The notes under the pieces were generated by a model, which was not told the origin of the DNA, did no database searches, and worked only from the letters and a program-made list of their open reading frames with translations. A program made the translations under genes and the position numbers. DNA of 64,000 nt from Eledone cirrhosa (taxonomy: Eukaryota). The stretch is from assembly GCA_964016885.1 (NCBI GenBank), contig CAXHJY010001576.1:62001-126000 (forward strand), given 5' to 3'. Positions within the stretch are counted from its first letter, which is position 1. Each line of letters begins with the position of its first letter. Shown here piece by piece: positions 1-12,565 of the stretch.

Positions 1-905
1 GCTATTCAGCCTTCCGAAGTTGGTAAATAAAGTCTCAATCTAGGGCAGTGAATTAGTAAAATTTGTAGCTAGTCGGACGATATGACTCGCGGTATTTATT
101 CCGTATGTTTGCTTTCAGAGTTCAAATCCTGTCACGCAGTTGAAGACAGTCTTCTAATCATTGGTTACTTTTAGCAGAGTTCACACTTTTACAAACATTT
201 GGGCCCAGTCTCAAGTTCGAGGATACCTTCCACGCATACTTGTTTGTCCCCCCCCTCCCCGTCATCAGTTTAGGAGGCACCGAAAATGTTTCTGCACATT
301 GCCCTGTCCCTTGAGAAAAATCTCTTTATAAATTTAAGCAACTTCCGTCCGCCCGTTCGTCATACAGTGTTTGAGTGTGTGTGTTTGCTTGTGTGAATGT
401 ATGTGTGTGTAAAAGGAAGGAAGGGGATGGTGAAAAAACTAAAGCAAAACAGTGGCTGGCGTTCCATCTGCTACGCTGTGTGTGAGTGCATGTGTATGTG
501 TGTGTTTCTGTCAATGTATATGTGTGTGTTTCTGTAAATGTATATGTGTGTGTGTTTGTGTGAATGTATGTGCGTGTATGTGGAAATGTATGTGTATTTG
601 TGTAAATGTATATCTATATGCATACATATAAATGTATGCTTATGCATGAGTATATAGACATAAACGCACAAACACAGACACACAAAATTACACACCTACA
701 GATATTGTTGGAAAAAATCCTAGTGTAGAAAAGTGGATTTGTTTTAACGTTATTTTTTTAATGTTTTCTAATGATGCGTTTACTCTCACTTATGATCGCT
801 AGATCGAATAATTTGACTCATTTTTTCATGTATGTATAAATGTATGCATATCTCTTTGTATGTATCCATTGAATGTATATATATACATACACACTTTATA
901 TGTTT

Positions 906-967
<62 letters not shown>

Positions 968-969
<2 letters not shown>

Positions 970-1210
970 GGGCGTGAGTCAACAATTATCTGCACTTTCG
1001 CCATAACATATCTTTAGCTTTGTCACACTGCCTTCTGCTCATGCGTACTTATAGGTAGTACTATTGTGGTCACGTGATCGAAGTTTGAGCTTGATCGCGC
1101 CAGTTTTCTTGTTGGTGTTACAGTGTAAATATGGCGGCTCCGCTAGCAGTGTGCCCCAAGACGTTTCCACTCCATACTTTGCATCACCGTTTATTCTTAT
1201 TTTGAATAAG
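968..1210 (+). mobile_element. Mariner-like DNA transposon 5' remnant (internally deleted)
   Basis: TA followed by mariner-type terminus CGGGCGTGAGTCAACAATTATCTGCAC; ATG at 1131 reads MAAPLAVC, like a mariner transposase N-terminus; no right TIR seen. Confidence 0.4.
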
Positions 1211-1238
1211 CATTAATATATACACACTCATACACATG

Positions 1239-1314
<76 letters not shown>

Positions 1315-1321
1315 AAGACCC

Positions 1322-1624
1322 CTTTCGTTTACCAATGACCATATGATTTGTAACTAGGAAGTGGTTTGTGGAAGACCAGTAGTCGCCGCCTATGCATAAC
1401 CAGTCTCCCCCTCTCCGCGCCACTGATGTTGTCCAAGGGAAAAGGCAATGGCCGATACCACTTGGCACCAGTGACGTTGCAACTCATTTCTACAGCTGAG
1501 TAAACTGGACCAACGTGAAATAAAGTTTCTTGCTCAAGGACACAATGCATCACTTGGTCCGATAGTCGAAGTCACAACCTCCCAATTACAAACACAACGC
1601 TATAACCACTAAGCCATGGACCTT

Positions 1625-1628
<4 letters not shown>
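1322..1628 (-). mobile_element. tRNA-derived SINE with CORE-like central domain (tail type 1)
   Basis: Minus strand has A box TGGCTTAGTGG, degenerate B box and GTGTCCTTGAGCAAG core; homologous to 10752-11092. Confidence 0.8.
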
Positions 1629-1673
<45 letters not shown>

Positions 1674-2004
1674 ACGACCCCCCTCACACACACACGCACA
1701 CATACACACATACACACACAACACGTGCCTCTACATGTATAATTATATATACTGGTGGTTGAAAATGTAGGTTTTGTCTTTCAGTAGTCACGTGGATTTG
1801 TCGACCATATTTATTTATTTATTTATTTATTTATGTTTCATTTACTATCTATTATTGAGTGTCTGACTGCCTGTCTCTCTGACTGACTGTCTGTCTGACT
1901 GTCTGTCTGTCTGTTTGTCTGCACGTTCGTCTGCCTGGCTGTTTCGCTGTCTGGACGTCTGGCTTGCTATACTGACCCAGTGTTTTCGTTAGATAAACAG
2001 TAGA

Positions 2005-2031
2005 TTGAGCAGCAATCACAACAACAACTTC

Positions 2032-2062
<31 letters not shown>

Positions 2063-2336
2063 GCAACAACAACAACAACAACAACGACGACGACGACGAC
2101 AACAACAACAACAAGATGAGCAACAGTAACAGCAACAGCAACAGTATCAGCAACAATTACAAAAGAAGGCAAAGAGTAACAGCAACATAACTACAAAATC
2201 AACAACAGCAACTACAACAAAAAACTACTACCACTACTACTACTACTACTATTAATACTACCGCTACCACTACTGCTACTACTACTACTACTACTACTAC
2301 TAACACTACCACCACTACTACTACTACTACTATTAA

Positions 2337-2380
<44 letters not shown>

Positions 2381-2409
2381 ACACTACCACCACTACTACT
2401 ACTACTGCC

Positions 2410-2467
<58 letters not shown>

Positions 2468-2481
2468 ACACTACCACCACC

Positions 2482-2544
<63 letters not shown>

Positions 2545-3265
2545 GCCACTACCACCACCACCACCACGCACCACCACCACCACCACCACCATGATAATGA
2601 TGGTGTTGATGGTGGTGGTGGTATTGGTGGTGGTACTAGTGGTAGTGGTATTGGTGGTGGTGGTGGTACTAGTGGTAGTGGTATTGTTGGTGGTGGTGGT
2701 ATTGGTGGTGGTGTTACTGGTGGTGGTGGTATTGGTGGTGGTGGTGATACTGGTGGTGGTGATATTGGTGGTGGTGGTATTGGTGGTGGTGGTATTGGTG
2801 GTGGTGATACTGGTGGTGGTGGTACTAGTGGTGGTGGTACTGGTGGTGGTGATACTGGTGGTGGTGATATTGGTGGTGGTGGTATTGGTGGTGGTGGTGG
2901 TGGTGGTGGTGGTATTGGTGGTGGTGGTACTGGTGGTGGTGGTATTGGTGGTGGTGATACTGGTGGTGGTGGTACTAGTGGTGGTGGTATTGGTGGTGGT
3001 GGTATTGGTGGTGGTGGTATTGGTGGTGGTGGTATTGGTGGTGGTGGTACTGGTGGTGGTGGTATTGGTGGTGGTGGTGGTATTGGTGGTGCGGTGGTAT
3101 TGATGGTGGTGGTATTGTTGGTGGTGGTGGTATTGGTGGTGGTGGTGGTACTAGTGGTGGTGGTATTGTTGGTGGTGGCATTGGTGGTGGTGGTATTGGC
3201 GGTGGTGGTGTCGGTGGTATTAGTGGTGGTGGTGGTGGTATTGGTGGTGTTATTAGTGGTGGTGT
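2005..3265. repeat. Compound trinucleotide microsatellite: (AAC)n, (ACT/ACC)n, then (GGT/AGT)n
   Basis: Direct reading; strand polarity flips near 2590. Confidence 0.95.
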
Positions 3266-3499
3266 CATTCTTGACGGTTCTTCGTGTTCTACTTTACAAA
3301 ATAGGAATTAATTTTCCATTAGCAATCAGTAATCCAATTACGTTAGGAATTAAGATACAAAACTAGATTAGTTCATTAGTTACAGGTGTATTACCGCCAA
3401 TAATTACTAGTGTATTACAGGTATTTACAGGTATATTACAATTCTATTAAATGTGTATTACAGATATATTATAGATAACAAAAGCGTATTACATGCGTA

Positions 3500-3880
3500 T
3501 GTAGCGGTTGTCTCCCTTGTTTTGATTAGGATCTAGGCGGGAAGTGGAACCCTTTCTGCAACTTCCGGTCAGAGCCCTATAAAACTAACAACTTTGGGCT
3601 TCCTCTCTCTCTTTGCCTTTTCGGCACCAGGTCAAGAGTCTTCTCATTTGGCTCTGCCATTAATTTGGCCAACAGGCGCCTGGCCTTAGCCAGGCGCCCT
3701 CTGCCAGGCGCCCTCTGCCAGCCGCGTTTGCCTGGCAATCAAAACGGTAACTACTAACTTTGTTTCATTCTAACATCTATCTTTGACATGTCAAGTATTC
3801 TATCTACCGTTAATTAAATATTATATACGCAAACATTGTCTCGTTTTGTTACATTCATGCAACCCAGTATCCTCGCTATA
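3500..3880 (+). repeat. 5' LTR
   Basis: Direct repeat of 5247-5613 with an extra 14-bp tandem copy of GCCAGGCGCCCTCT; CTATAAAA TATA-like box near 3577. Confidence 0.93.
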
Positions 3881-3881
3881 T

Positions 3882-3899
3882 TGGTAACCCTGACGTGAT
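3882..3899 (+). promoter_or_regulatory. Primer-binding site, tRNA-Trp
   Basis: TGGTAACCCTGACGTGAT matches the canonical Trp PBS TGGTGACCCCGACGTGAT at 16/18 and lies 1 nt after the 5' LTR. Confidence 0.85.
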
Positions 3900-5246
3900 A
3901 CGAACACGCAGCCGTTCATCGCTATAAGGGTCACCCCCCAAAAAAAGAAAAAAAATAGCACATCTGGTTTTGTGAGTAACATTACGAATACACAGCAAAT
4001 TTAGCGACAAACTATGAAAATACTCAGGGACACGCACACACGCACATGTGGAATTCGCACAGACATACTTTTTCTCTCACGCATCAATTAACTGTCGCAT
4101 TTCACCAATATATATATAGATGTTTCTCGTTTCTTACAACGAACACTTTCAAAACAAAAAAAAACATTTCACGATATATATATATGTTTCTCGTTTCTTA
4201 CAACGAACTCTTTCAAAACACACAAAAAAAAAAAAAGAAATTTGATATTCTTTAAAAAACATTTCAACAGGAACATTTATTTTCGATGAACCATTGCCTT
4301 TTGTTCATCGTTCAAGTTTTTTGTTTTTTTCAAAAGTTCACACCAATGATTATGCTGATTGAAGCCTTTCTTTTTCATCATTGTCACTTTCAAAATTGCA
4401 CTATCATTTTCTCGCGCGTTAGAAATATTTTTTTTCAACCTTGTATTGGCACGTGTAGGCAGCATAAATTCTCGATTCACTGAGATGTCTCTTACTCACA
4501 GACAGCCGCACGCCAGAGATAGCATTTCTCCCCCAAGGATTCTTCAGCCTTAAGCTATATTCTTCTATTTGCCGGTTTATAAGTTTACAATGTAAATTTA
4601 CCGTTGATAACCGCGCATTTATTAAGAATGCTTATTTCTCTGGTCGCTGGCCTCTTGACCCTTCCAGGTCAACGCATTCTCAACATCGACCATCAACTTC
4701 GGCTGCTATTTCTAGCACTTTGCGCAACTCATTTTTTTCTAAAAAAAAATTTTTTTACTGTGAATTTAAACACCGAATACGCTCACTCAGCGAGACAACA
4801 GCAGCAGCAACAGCAATATAACAGCAACAGCAATACATCAACACAGCTTCACCAAAGCCAGAGAATTTATTTTTGCAGCACTCTTCCTGTGAGAAAATCC
4901 ATTCGGAGGCTGGAAATTTCACGATATACCACAGAACAGAAACCACCTGCATTCATTCTCTGGAACACACTTTCTTTCCAGCTGTCATGTGATTGCACAC
5001 CTGTGAACTTTATTTTGAACTTTGAGCTCTTCTATTACTTTTACTTTATTACATTGTATCTTTGGGTGATGGATAGATGGATGTCCAGTCGTTCTCTGGC
5101 CAAGAGCGGTTGGCTACCTTGATATCTATCATTGATTTTTCCAAACATTCTTTTGTCGTAATTTTCATGCCTGTTACAACATTCTCGCCAACTTGCTACA
5201 TATTTTCATTTCGATTTTTATACACTAAAATTCTGGCGGGAGGTTA

Positions 5247-5613
5247 TGTAGCGGTTGTCTCCCTTGTTTTGATTAGGATCTAGGCGGGAAGTGGAACCTT
5301 TTCTGCAACTTCCGGTCAGAGCCCTATAAAACTAACAACTTTGGGCTTCCTCTCTCTCTTTGCCTTTTCGGCACCAGGTCAAGAGTCTTCTCATTTGGCT
5401 CTGCCATTAATTTGGCCAACAGGCGCCTGGCCTTAGCCAGGCGCCCTCTGCCAGCCGCGTTTGCCTGGCAATCAAAACGGTAACTACTAACTTTGTTTCA
5501 TTCTAACATCTATCTTTGACATGTCAAGTATTCTATCTACCGTTAATTAAATATTATATACGCAAACATTGTCTCGTTTTGTTACATTCATGCAACCCAG
5601 TATCCTCGCTATA
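5247..5613 (+). repeat. 3' LTR, preceded by polypurine tract GGCGGGAGG at 5235-5243
   Basis: Direct repeat of the 5' LTR, followed by TSD CGTA. Confidence 0.93.
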
Positions 5614-5637
5614 CGTATTTCAACTATATTATGGCTA

Positions 5638-6080
5638 CTAACAGAAAAACCACCCTTCGGGTGGTTTTCTGCTAGCATGTGTAGTGTGTGTATTGATATT
5701 ATACGCAAGTATATATGCATGTAGATATGATACATCAAATAAAATCGTAATTGACAATATACACAGAAATTGAACGAAGACTGTGTTACACTCTCTTATG
5801 TAATCAGTAACGTAATCCATGATACATTTTAAAAAAGACGATATTATATATAAACTGCATTAGGATCGCTAACCGGAAGTGTTGACATTTGAAAATTTTA
5901 AAGAAGTGATTCTTTAAATAAGTAATAAAATATATTTAATGAAAAGTCACGAAATTTAGTAGATAAATTATGTAATATTTATTCATTATTTATTGAAAGT
6001 AACCCAACTTATTTTACTAATGGGATAAAAAATTATAAACCGTACGCAGTTCCGCACTTCTTACTTTATTATAGTTTATA
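5638..6080 (-). mobile_element. Non-autonomous Helitron, family H1 copy 1
   Basis: Homologous to 28460-29102; 3' hairpin AAAACCACCC-GAA-GGGTGGTTTT next to a degenerate CTAG end. Confidence 0.7.
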
Positions 6081-6186
6081 TATATATGAGTTGTATTACA
6101 GCTACGTTCTAGGTATAATACATTCTATTACTAGATTATTACAGGTGTATTACATTTTTATTATAGGTGTATTACAAGGCTGTTGC

Positions 6187-6479
6187 TGTGGAGGCGCGTG
6201 GCCTTGTGGTAAGGGTAAGAGTGTTGGACTTACAATCATAATATTGTGGGTTCGATTCCTGGGCTGGTTGTGTGTTGTGTTCTTTTGTGTTCAAAATACT
6301 TCATTTCACGTGGCTCCATTATAGTCAGCTCAAAATGAGTACAAGCAATAACTGGGGGTTTACCCTGTGATGGACTGGTGTCCTGTCCAGGGGGAGTATC
6401 GTACTTTCAATCGCTTCCCGCCACGGAAGCCGAGATAAACACCGGTCTGATGAGCCTCCGGCATCGAGACAGACTTTAG
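6187..6479 (+). mobile_element. tRNA-derived SINE (CORE-like head, tail type 2)
   Basis: A box TGGCCTTGTGG, B box GGTTCGATTCC, central CCCTGTGATGGACTGGTGTCCTGTCCAGGG motif typical of conserved-domain SINEs. Confidence 0.8.
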
Positions 6480-6731
6480 ACAAAAGTATAGTATATTACA
6501 TCTATGTTACAGGTGCAACACGTGCATTTTACATGTATATTTCAGGTATGGTACGGATATTTATGTATGTACGGATACGTGACCCTTGGTGGATTTGTAG
6601 GGGCACCGTAGTGACATACGGCGTTTCTTGGGCATTTTAAATCTGGCAGAGCCCATCTCACACCAAGACTAAACACAGCCAATTTCTTCTAGAGAATGAG
6701 AGAGGAAAATAAATGAGAAAGTGATATACAG

Positions 6732-6910
6732 CAGGCATGTCAAACTGAGGGTCCTCTGAGGGCCACATGTCACATATGTGTTGTCTGAGGGCCACACATG
6801 ACAACTAATTGTGCACATTACAACTAATATTTTTTAGTTTATATTACGCTCGCGCTGTAAAACCTTTGTGGAGGCCGCAGGTGTGCTTGTAAAGAGCTGC
6901 ATGTTTGATA
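6732..6910 (+). mobile_element. hAT (Charlie/Buster-like) MITE, right end truncated
   Basis: Starts CAGGCATGTCAAAC; homologous to the 9519 and 13977 copies. Confidence 0.8.
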
Positions 6911-7092
6911 TAGAGAAAAATTGCATTGTTACTATTTTATCGATCTCGAAAAGATAAAAGGCTGTGTTACAGTTATATCATAGATATATTACTAATATTA
7001 TGTTTCACTTATATTACAGGTATGGCATGGTGTATTAAATATATATTACAGGTATATCTCATGTATTATATCAGTTGTATTACAGGTACATT

Positions 7093-7269
7093 CAGTGCCG
7101 GATTTAGGACACATGAGAACCTGTACTTGTTAAGTTATGAGGCCCCATACTTGGGTCCTGAAGGAGGTAAGCCCGGTAGGCCTGCACAAGCCTACACAGG
7201 AAGATGCCACCCCACTCCCCTGGTCAACGGGGCCCTGTGCTTCTAAGCACAATGGTAAATCCAGCACTG
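7093..7269. mobile_element. hAT-type MITE
   Basis: TIR CAGTGCCGGATTTA / TAAATCCAGCACTG (13/14); 8-bp TSD GGTACATT/GATACATT. Confidence 0.85.
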
Positions 7270-7444
7270 GATACATTATTGATATATTGTTGTGATTATA
7301 TTACAGGTATATTACAGGTATAACATTATTAAATATATGTTACAGGTATATCTCATGTATATTACAGTTGTATTACAGGTACGTTGTTGATATATTGTTG
7401 TAATTATATTACAGGTATATTCAGGTATATTAGAAGCGTGAACA

Positions 7445-7628
7445 TGACGATGACAATGATGATAATAATGATGATGATGGTGATGCTTATGCTGATGACG
7501 ATGATTATGATGATGATGGCGATGACAATGATATATTGATGTTGATGTTTATGCTACTGAAGACAACGACCATGACGACAACGACAACTACGACGATGAC
7601 AACAACGATTACAACAACCAACGACGAC

Positions 7629-7681
<53 letters not shown>
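7445..7681. repeat. (GAT/GAC)n microsatellite
   Basis: Direct reading. Confidence 0.9.
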
Positions 7682-8925
7682 GAAAGTTAGTGTTTTGTTG
7701 CTGGCGGTGGGGTCAGTAGAGTGGTAAATGTGCTGCCGATAATCATAACGATCGGGATGATCTCTTACATATAAGATTGCACAAGTAAGAATGTGGCCTT
7801 AATCTTTGATATCTTCATTTCCCCAAGTGTATTACTGGTGAAAATGACTGCGAATGAGAATCGAAACTAAATCCCGGTCTCAGCGAGCGTGTCAGTAACG
7901 CATTTCACCGCCTAAACAATAACAAGGGCTTCAAATACACACACATACACCCGAGAACACATGCACACATACACACAGTGCATCATTATAAAGACGGTAG
8001 AAATGATGTTGCAATGTTCATGCCTTTCCAAGCAGTACTGTCAAAGCTAGCGTTGGGAAATATCAACGAAACGATCGCAAAACTAGTTTGTTTATCAATA
8101 TGACCGAGCCGGGTGATATATCGTTGCTGAGTGGCCCTTATGATTCAGAAATATAACAATTATAGTTAAAATGATAAATAAAATGCAAATATAATCGATC
8201 TTACCTTAAACGGGGTAGTTCTGGACCCCATTTGGGGGGCGGGGACCCAGATATATTAATAATAATAAAAACTTCCGCTAACTTTTAGTTTAAGAGTAGA
8301 TCGTACACACTCCTGGTAGTATTATCTTCATGTATACTGTGAATGGGTAACTATTCACACATACACACATATACACACACATAGACACACAGGCATCCCT
8401 CCCCTTCTTCCCTCTTCCCTATCAGGCACAGATATACATATACGGTAGAGAGTGTAAGAGGGAGGGGCTGGGAGTGTGACGAAAACTAGTTGTGAAGTGG
8501 AGCCACAGGGTGGCCGAGAAAGACAAAGGATGGATGAGTAAGTATATTTTTTTGTATGGAGCGAGAGGAAGGAGGAGGTTAGGAACTAAGAGAAGATAAG
8601 GAGAAAGGTAGGGATAGAGAGAGAAAGAGAGAAATTAGAGAAAGAGTGGCAGTGGATATGGAGGTGGAGGTGGAAGGGAAGTTTTGGCTTTGTTTTACGG
8701 TAGTGTGGGAGGTAATAGGTGAGAAGCTGTCAGGGGAGTTAATTCAGATAAACACTTGTTGACACATGCATATAGTTACATAGACTTATTAACATAGCAC
8801 ATACACTTGATTACGTACACACCACTACACACTCATACTGAAACATGTCGAGAACCACACACTCACACAAACTCTTTCTTACTACCCTTACCTATCACAC
8901 ACACACAAGCACAGACTTGTAAAGT

Positions 8926-9120
<195 letters not shown>

Positions 9121-9518
9121 AGTTTCTCATATATTCTTTTTTTAACTTTTCTTACTATCCATTACTCGAATTCAACTCTCATTTACATTTGTTCTAACTA
9201 AAGACATATACACACACGCACACACACGCACACACACACACACACATGCCCACACGTACATACACTCACACACACAAGAAAACACACTAGCTCACATACT
9301 CATGCACACAAATTAACTCATACACGTTTTCACACACGTTTTCACACACACACGTACGCGTACGGGCAGACACAGGGATATTAACTTACACAAACAAAGC
9401 TCACAGACACATAAACATGCAAGGGAGCCTCTCTGTAGTCACTCGACTTGCTAGAAATAGTAACAAAATCTCCCTCAAAACACACCCACATGTCTTCAAG
9501 AAAGAGAACACATTAGAT

Positions 9519-9705
9519 CAGGCATGTCAAACCGAGGGCCACATGTGTCACATATGTGTTGTCTGGGGGCCACACTAATTGCGCACATTACAACTAATAT
9601 TTTTTATTTTGTATTACGCTTGCTCTGTAAAAACCTTTGTGCAGGCCGCAGATGTGCTTGTAAAGGGCTGCATGCGGCCCGCGGGCTGTATATCTCGCAT
9701 GCCTG
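9519..9705 (+). mobile_element. hAT (Charlie/Buster-like) MITE
   Basis: CAGGCATG...CATGCCTG ends; 8-bp TSD CATTAGAT/CTTTAGAT with central TA. Confidence 0.88.
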
Positions 9706-9924
9706 CTTTAGATAATGTAGTTTTACAATCTTATCAAGAGACAGTAAAGACACCTGCTGAAGATGCTACTGACAACATTTTTGTATCATTTACTTATGAC
9801 CCTTTTCGTTATGTGTTCATATCCTGTCGGGGGCAACTTTAACTTTCTTCCCTTTGAACTCGACCCAGCAGAATACCAGTCAAATATAGGGGTCAATTTA
9901 TAATACTGCATCTAACTGGAATTG

Positions 9925-10255
9925 ATGGTGGCGAATTGACAGAGTCGTAAGAACGTCGTCTAGAATACTTTGCAGAATTCGTTTCAGCTCGCTCAGTTCT
10001 CTGAGTTCAAATTCCACTGAAGTCAACTTTTCTTTTCATCCATTCGAGGTCGAAAGAAAAGCACCAGTTAACTACTGGGATCGATTCTTCCTCTATATCT
10101 CTTTCTCACTTCCAATTGACGCATAGAGTTACGGCCCTTGCCATTCTGAGTTCAAATCCCGCCGAGGTTAACTTTGCCTTTCATCTTTCGATAAAATAAA
10201 GTACCAGTAATACACTGGCAAATTGCTGGCCTTGTGCCGAAAGTAGAAACAATTA
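9925..10255 (+). mobile_element. Two SINE-A copies (old 9925-10085; younger 5'-truncated 10116-10255)
   Basis: GAGTTCAAATCC B box, CTTTCATCC..TCGATAAAATAAAGTACCAG body, AAAGTAGAAACAAT tail. Confidence 0.8.
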
Positions 10256-10430
10256 TCTTACTAACTAATCTTCTCAGGAAGAAATCTTCTGTATTCAGAC
10301 CTGGAGAGGAAATGGGCTCTGCCAAATTTTAAAATGCAGTAGAAACGCCGTATGTCAAAACCGCGGCCCCACGATTCCCTCACGAGCTATGGGACCATGC
10401 ATGCATATAGCTGGAATGGTTGTTTAATTA

Positions 10431-10598
10431 CTGTATTTCCCGGCGCCGAAGACGCTTCGTTCTCGAGGTCGCACCCTAATTTTGACAACCAAAAATTTGA
10501 AAAAATATAATAAACAACCTTCGGCCTCCAGGACGCATGGTAGGTTTTTGAGAGTTATTTTCGGGGAAAAGTAGCATCCTCGACGCCGGGAATTACGG
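10431..10598. mobile_element. Tc1/mariner (pogo/Tigger-like) MITE
   Basis: TA|CTGTATTTCCCGGCG ... CGCCGGGAATTACGG TIRs; inverted homolog at 63580-63748. Confidence 0.85.
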
Positions 10599-10751
10599 TC
10601 AATGCTTAAATTGTTGACCAAAGCGGCGGATTGACGAAGTTATTAGATAATCGCAGAGTTTCTTGTGTTATCCATTCTGGCTCCCTATGTTCACGTCCCC
10701 TTGAAATTAGCTTTGTCGTTCACCTTTTCGGTTTCGATAAATAAAAACCTG

Positions 10752-11092
10752 CACGACTCAGTGATTAGAGCTTACAATGGTGAGGTTGTGAGTACGATTC
10801 CCGAACAGAGCGGTGTGTTGTGTCCTTGAGCAAGACATTTTATTTCACGTTTCTCCAGTTCACTCAGCTGTAGAAACTGTAGAAATGAATTGGGACATCA
10901 CTGGAACAAAGATGTATCGGCCTTTGCCTTTCCCCTGACAACAAAGATGGCGTAGAGCGAGGAGAGTGGTATGCATGGGCGACTACTAGTCTTCCACAAA
11001 TAACCTTGGCCGGACCTACGCCTCGGAAGTGGAACTTTCTTGGTGCAAATCCCATGGCCATTCGTGGCCGAAGATGGTCCTTGCTCTTTACC
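10752..11092 (+). mobile_element. tRNA-derived CORE-like SINE (tail type 1)
   Basis: GTGTCCTTGAGCAAGACA core; homologous to 1322-1628. Confidence 0.8.
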
Positions 11093-11495
11093 CTAATACT
11101 GTGTCGCCAAGAATGAGAAGTGAACTTCTAAACCACCCTGCCATATCTGCGTCCACGCATGAATGACTCTACCATAAAACTAATCAGTTCACATTAACTT
11201 CATTTTGATAGTGACATTATACATTTATATTTCTACATTTGGAATCCGCTATTTTATTGTAAACATTTAAAATATTATCAGTGACATCTATTTCAAGACT
11301 AACGTGACTATGAATATTAATTTTAAACAGAATTCTAAATCCTATCTAATTTAGAATTTGTCATTAATTGTCTGATTGACAGATATAATTTCATAATTAT
11401 TATCTTTGGTTTTAGTCTTCGGTATTTCTGAATATGAAATAACCTTGAAACCTTCAAACATTTCTATGGTAATTATGTTATAAGTATATGAATAT

Positions 11496-11678
11496 AAGAG
11501 GGTCGACTGAAACATTCATAGGCTGACAAAGATACTCACATGGAATGACGAAATGAGGTTTATTTTACAGCATATTCCATGGAAAGAAGCAATACAATTA
11601 TTAATAAGAAGAGTTGAAATTAATGCATGCAAGATTTCACAGTCTAGCATCAATCCTTCATAGTCAGCCCATGAACTT
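11496..11678. mobile_element. Mariner-like MITE remnant
   Basis: Imperfect inverted ends ACATTCATAGGCTGAC / GTCAGCCCATGAACTT. Confidence 0.5.
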
Positions 11679-11732
11679 AGAAATTAGAAATATCGTAATC
11701 GAAAAAACAGAATCGTTACTATGTAATAGGAA

Positions 11733-11945
11733 GTCGATCGACATTCGTCAAATCGGACCGAGGAAACAATGTTTCCATTGGTCTTTCCAATTGCTAATAC
11801 TATTTATCGGTCGCAACTCCAGGTAGAAGGAGCAACGTGAAAATAAAATGTCTTGCTCAAAGACATAACGCATCGCCCGGCCCAGGAATCAAACTGACAA
11901 TCACACGATTGCGAATAAGGTTCTCTAACTAATCAGCAACACGAC
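11733..11945 (-). mobile_element. tRNA-derived CORE-like SINE (tail type 3)
   Basis: Homologous to 12424-12565 and 23584-23776. Confidence 0.8.
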
Positions 11946-12285
11946 AATAGCGTTAAATAATCGGGTAAAATACTCTTAGGAAAAGAAAAAAGTGGCCAGC
12001 AGCCACTACAAAAAATTTAACTTTGTATCTCTTGAAAGGATCCACTCCGAAAATGGGACAGTACTGACACGGGCGAGAGAAAAAGAGACTGATGAAAGGA
12101 TTAAACACAACAGTAACAACTAAGAATTCCGATTGTTATTCGACTCCTCTGAACGGACAGATTTTCGTTATATATATATATATATCCCTTCGAATGAAAC
12201 AGTTTTAGTCCTGTAGTAGCCATTTCTATATTAAATAGTTATACTCTGCTATGTATTGAGTACCTTACTTACTGTGGTTACCCCC

Positions 12286-12355
<70 letters not shown>

Positions 12356-12386
12356 GCTGTATCTGTGGTTGTCTTTCGTTTTTATT

Positions 12387-12565
12387 TTGCTCAAGGACAC
12401 AACGCATCGCCCGGTCCAGGAATCGATGCGTTATGTCCTTCAGCAAGACACTTTATTTCACGTTGCTCCTTCTACCTGGAGTTGCGACCGATAGATAGTA
12501 TTAGCAATTGGAAAGACCAACGGAAACATTGTTTCCTCGGTCCGATTTGACGAAAGTCGATCGAC
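12387..12565 (+). mobile_element. SINE tail type 3, 5'-truncated with inverted 5' piece
   Basis: 12424-12565 is the reverse complement of 11733-11875; 12387-12423 is an inverted head fragment. Confidence 0.75.

Larger units (their letters stand above)
3500..5613 (+). mobile_element. Non-autonomous LTR retrotransposon (Gypsy-type, TRIM/LARD-like)
   Basis: LTRs 3500-3880 and 5247-5613 are near identical (TGTAGCG...CGCTATA); TSD CGTA at 3496-3499 and 5614-5617; PBS and PPT present; 1.37-kb interior has no recognisable gag/pol. Confidence 0.93.

Noticed and set aside
4604-5122. 172-aa ORF inside the LTR element as possible gag
   Set aside because: Non-ATG start and no capsid, zinc-knuckle or pol motif that I can recognise.
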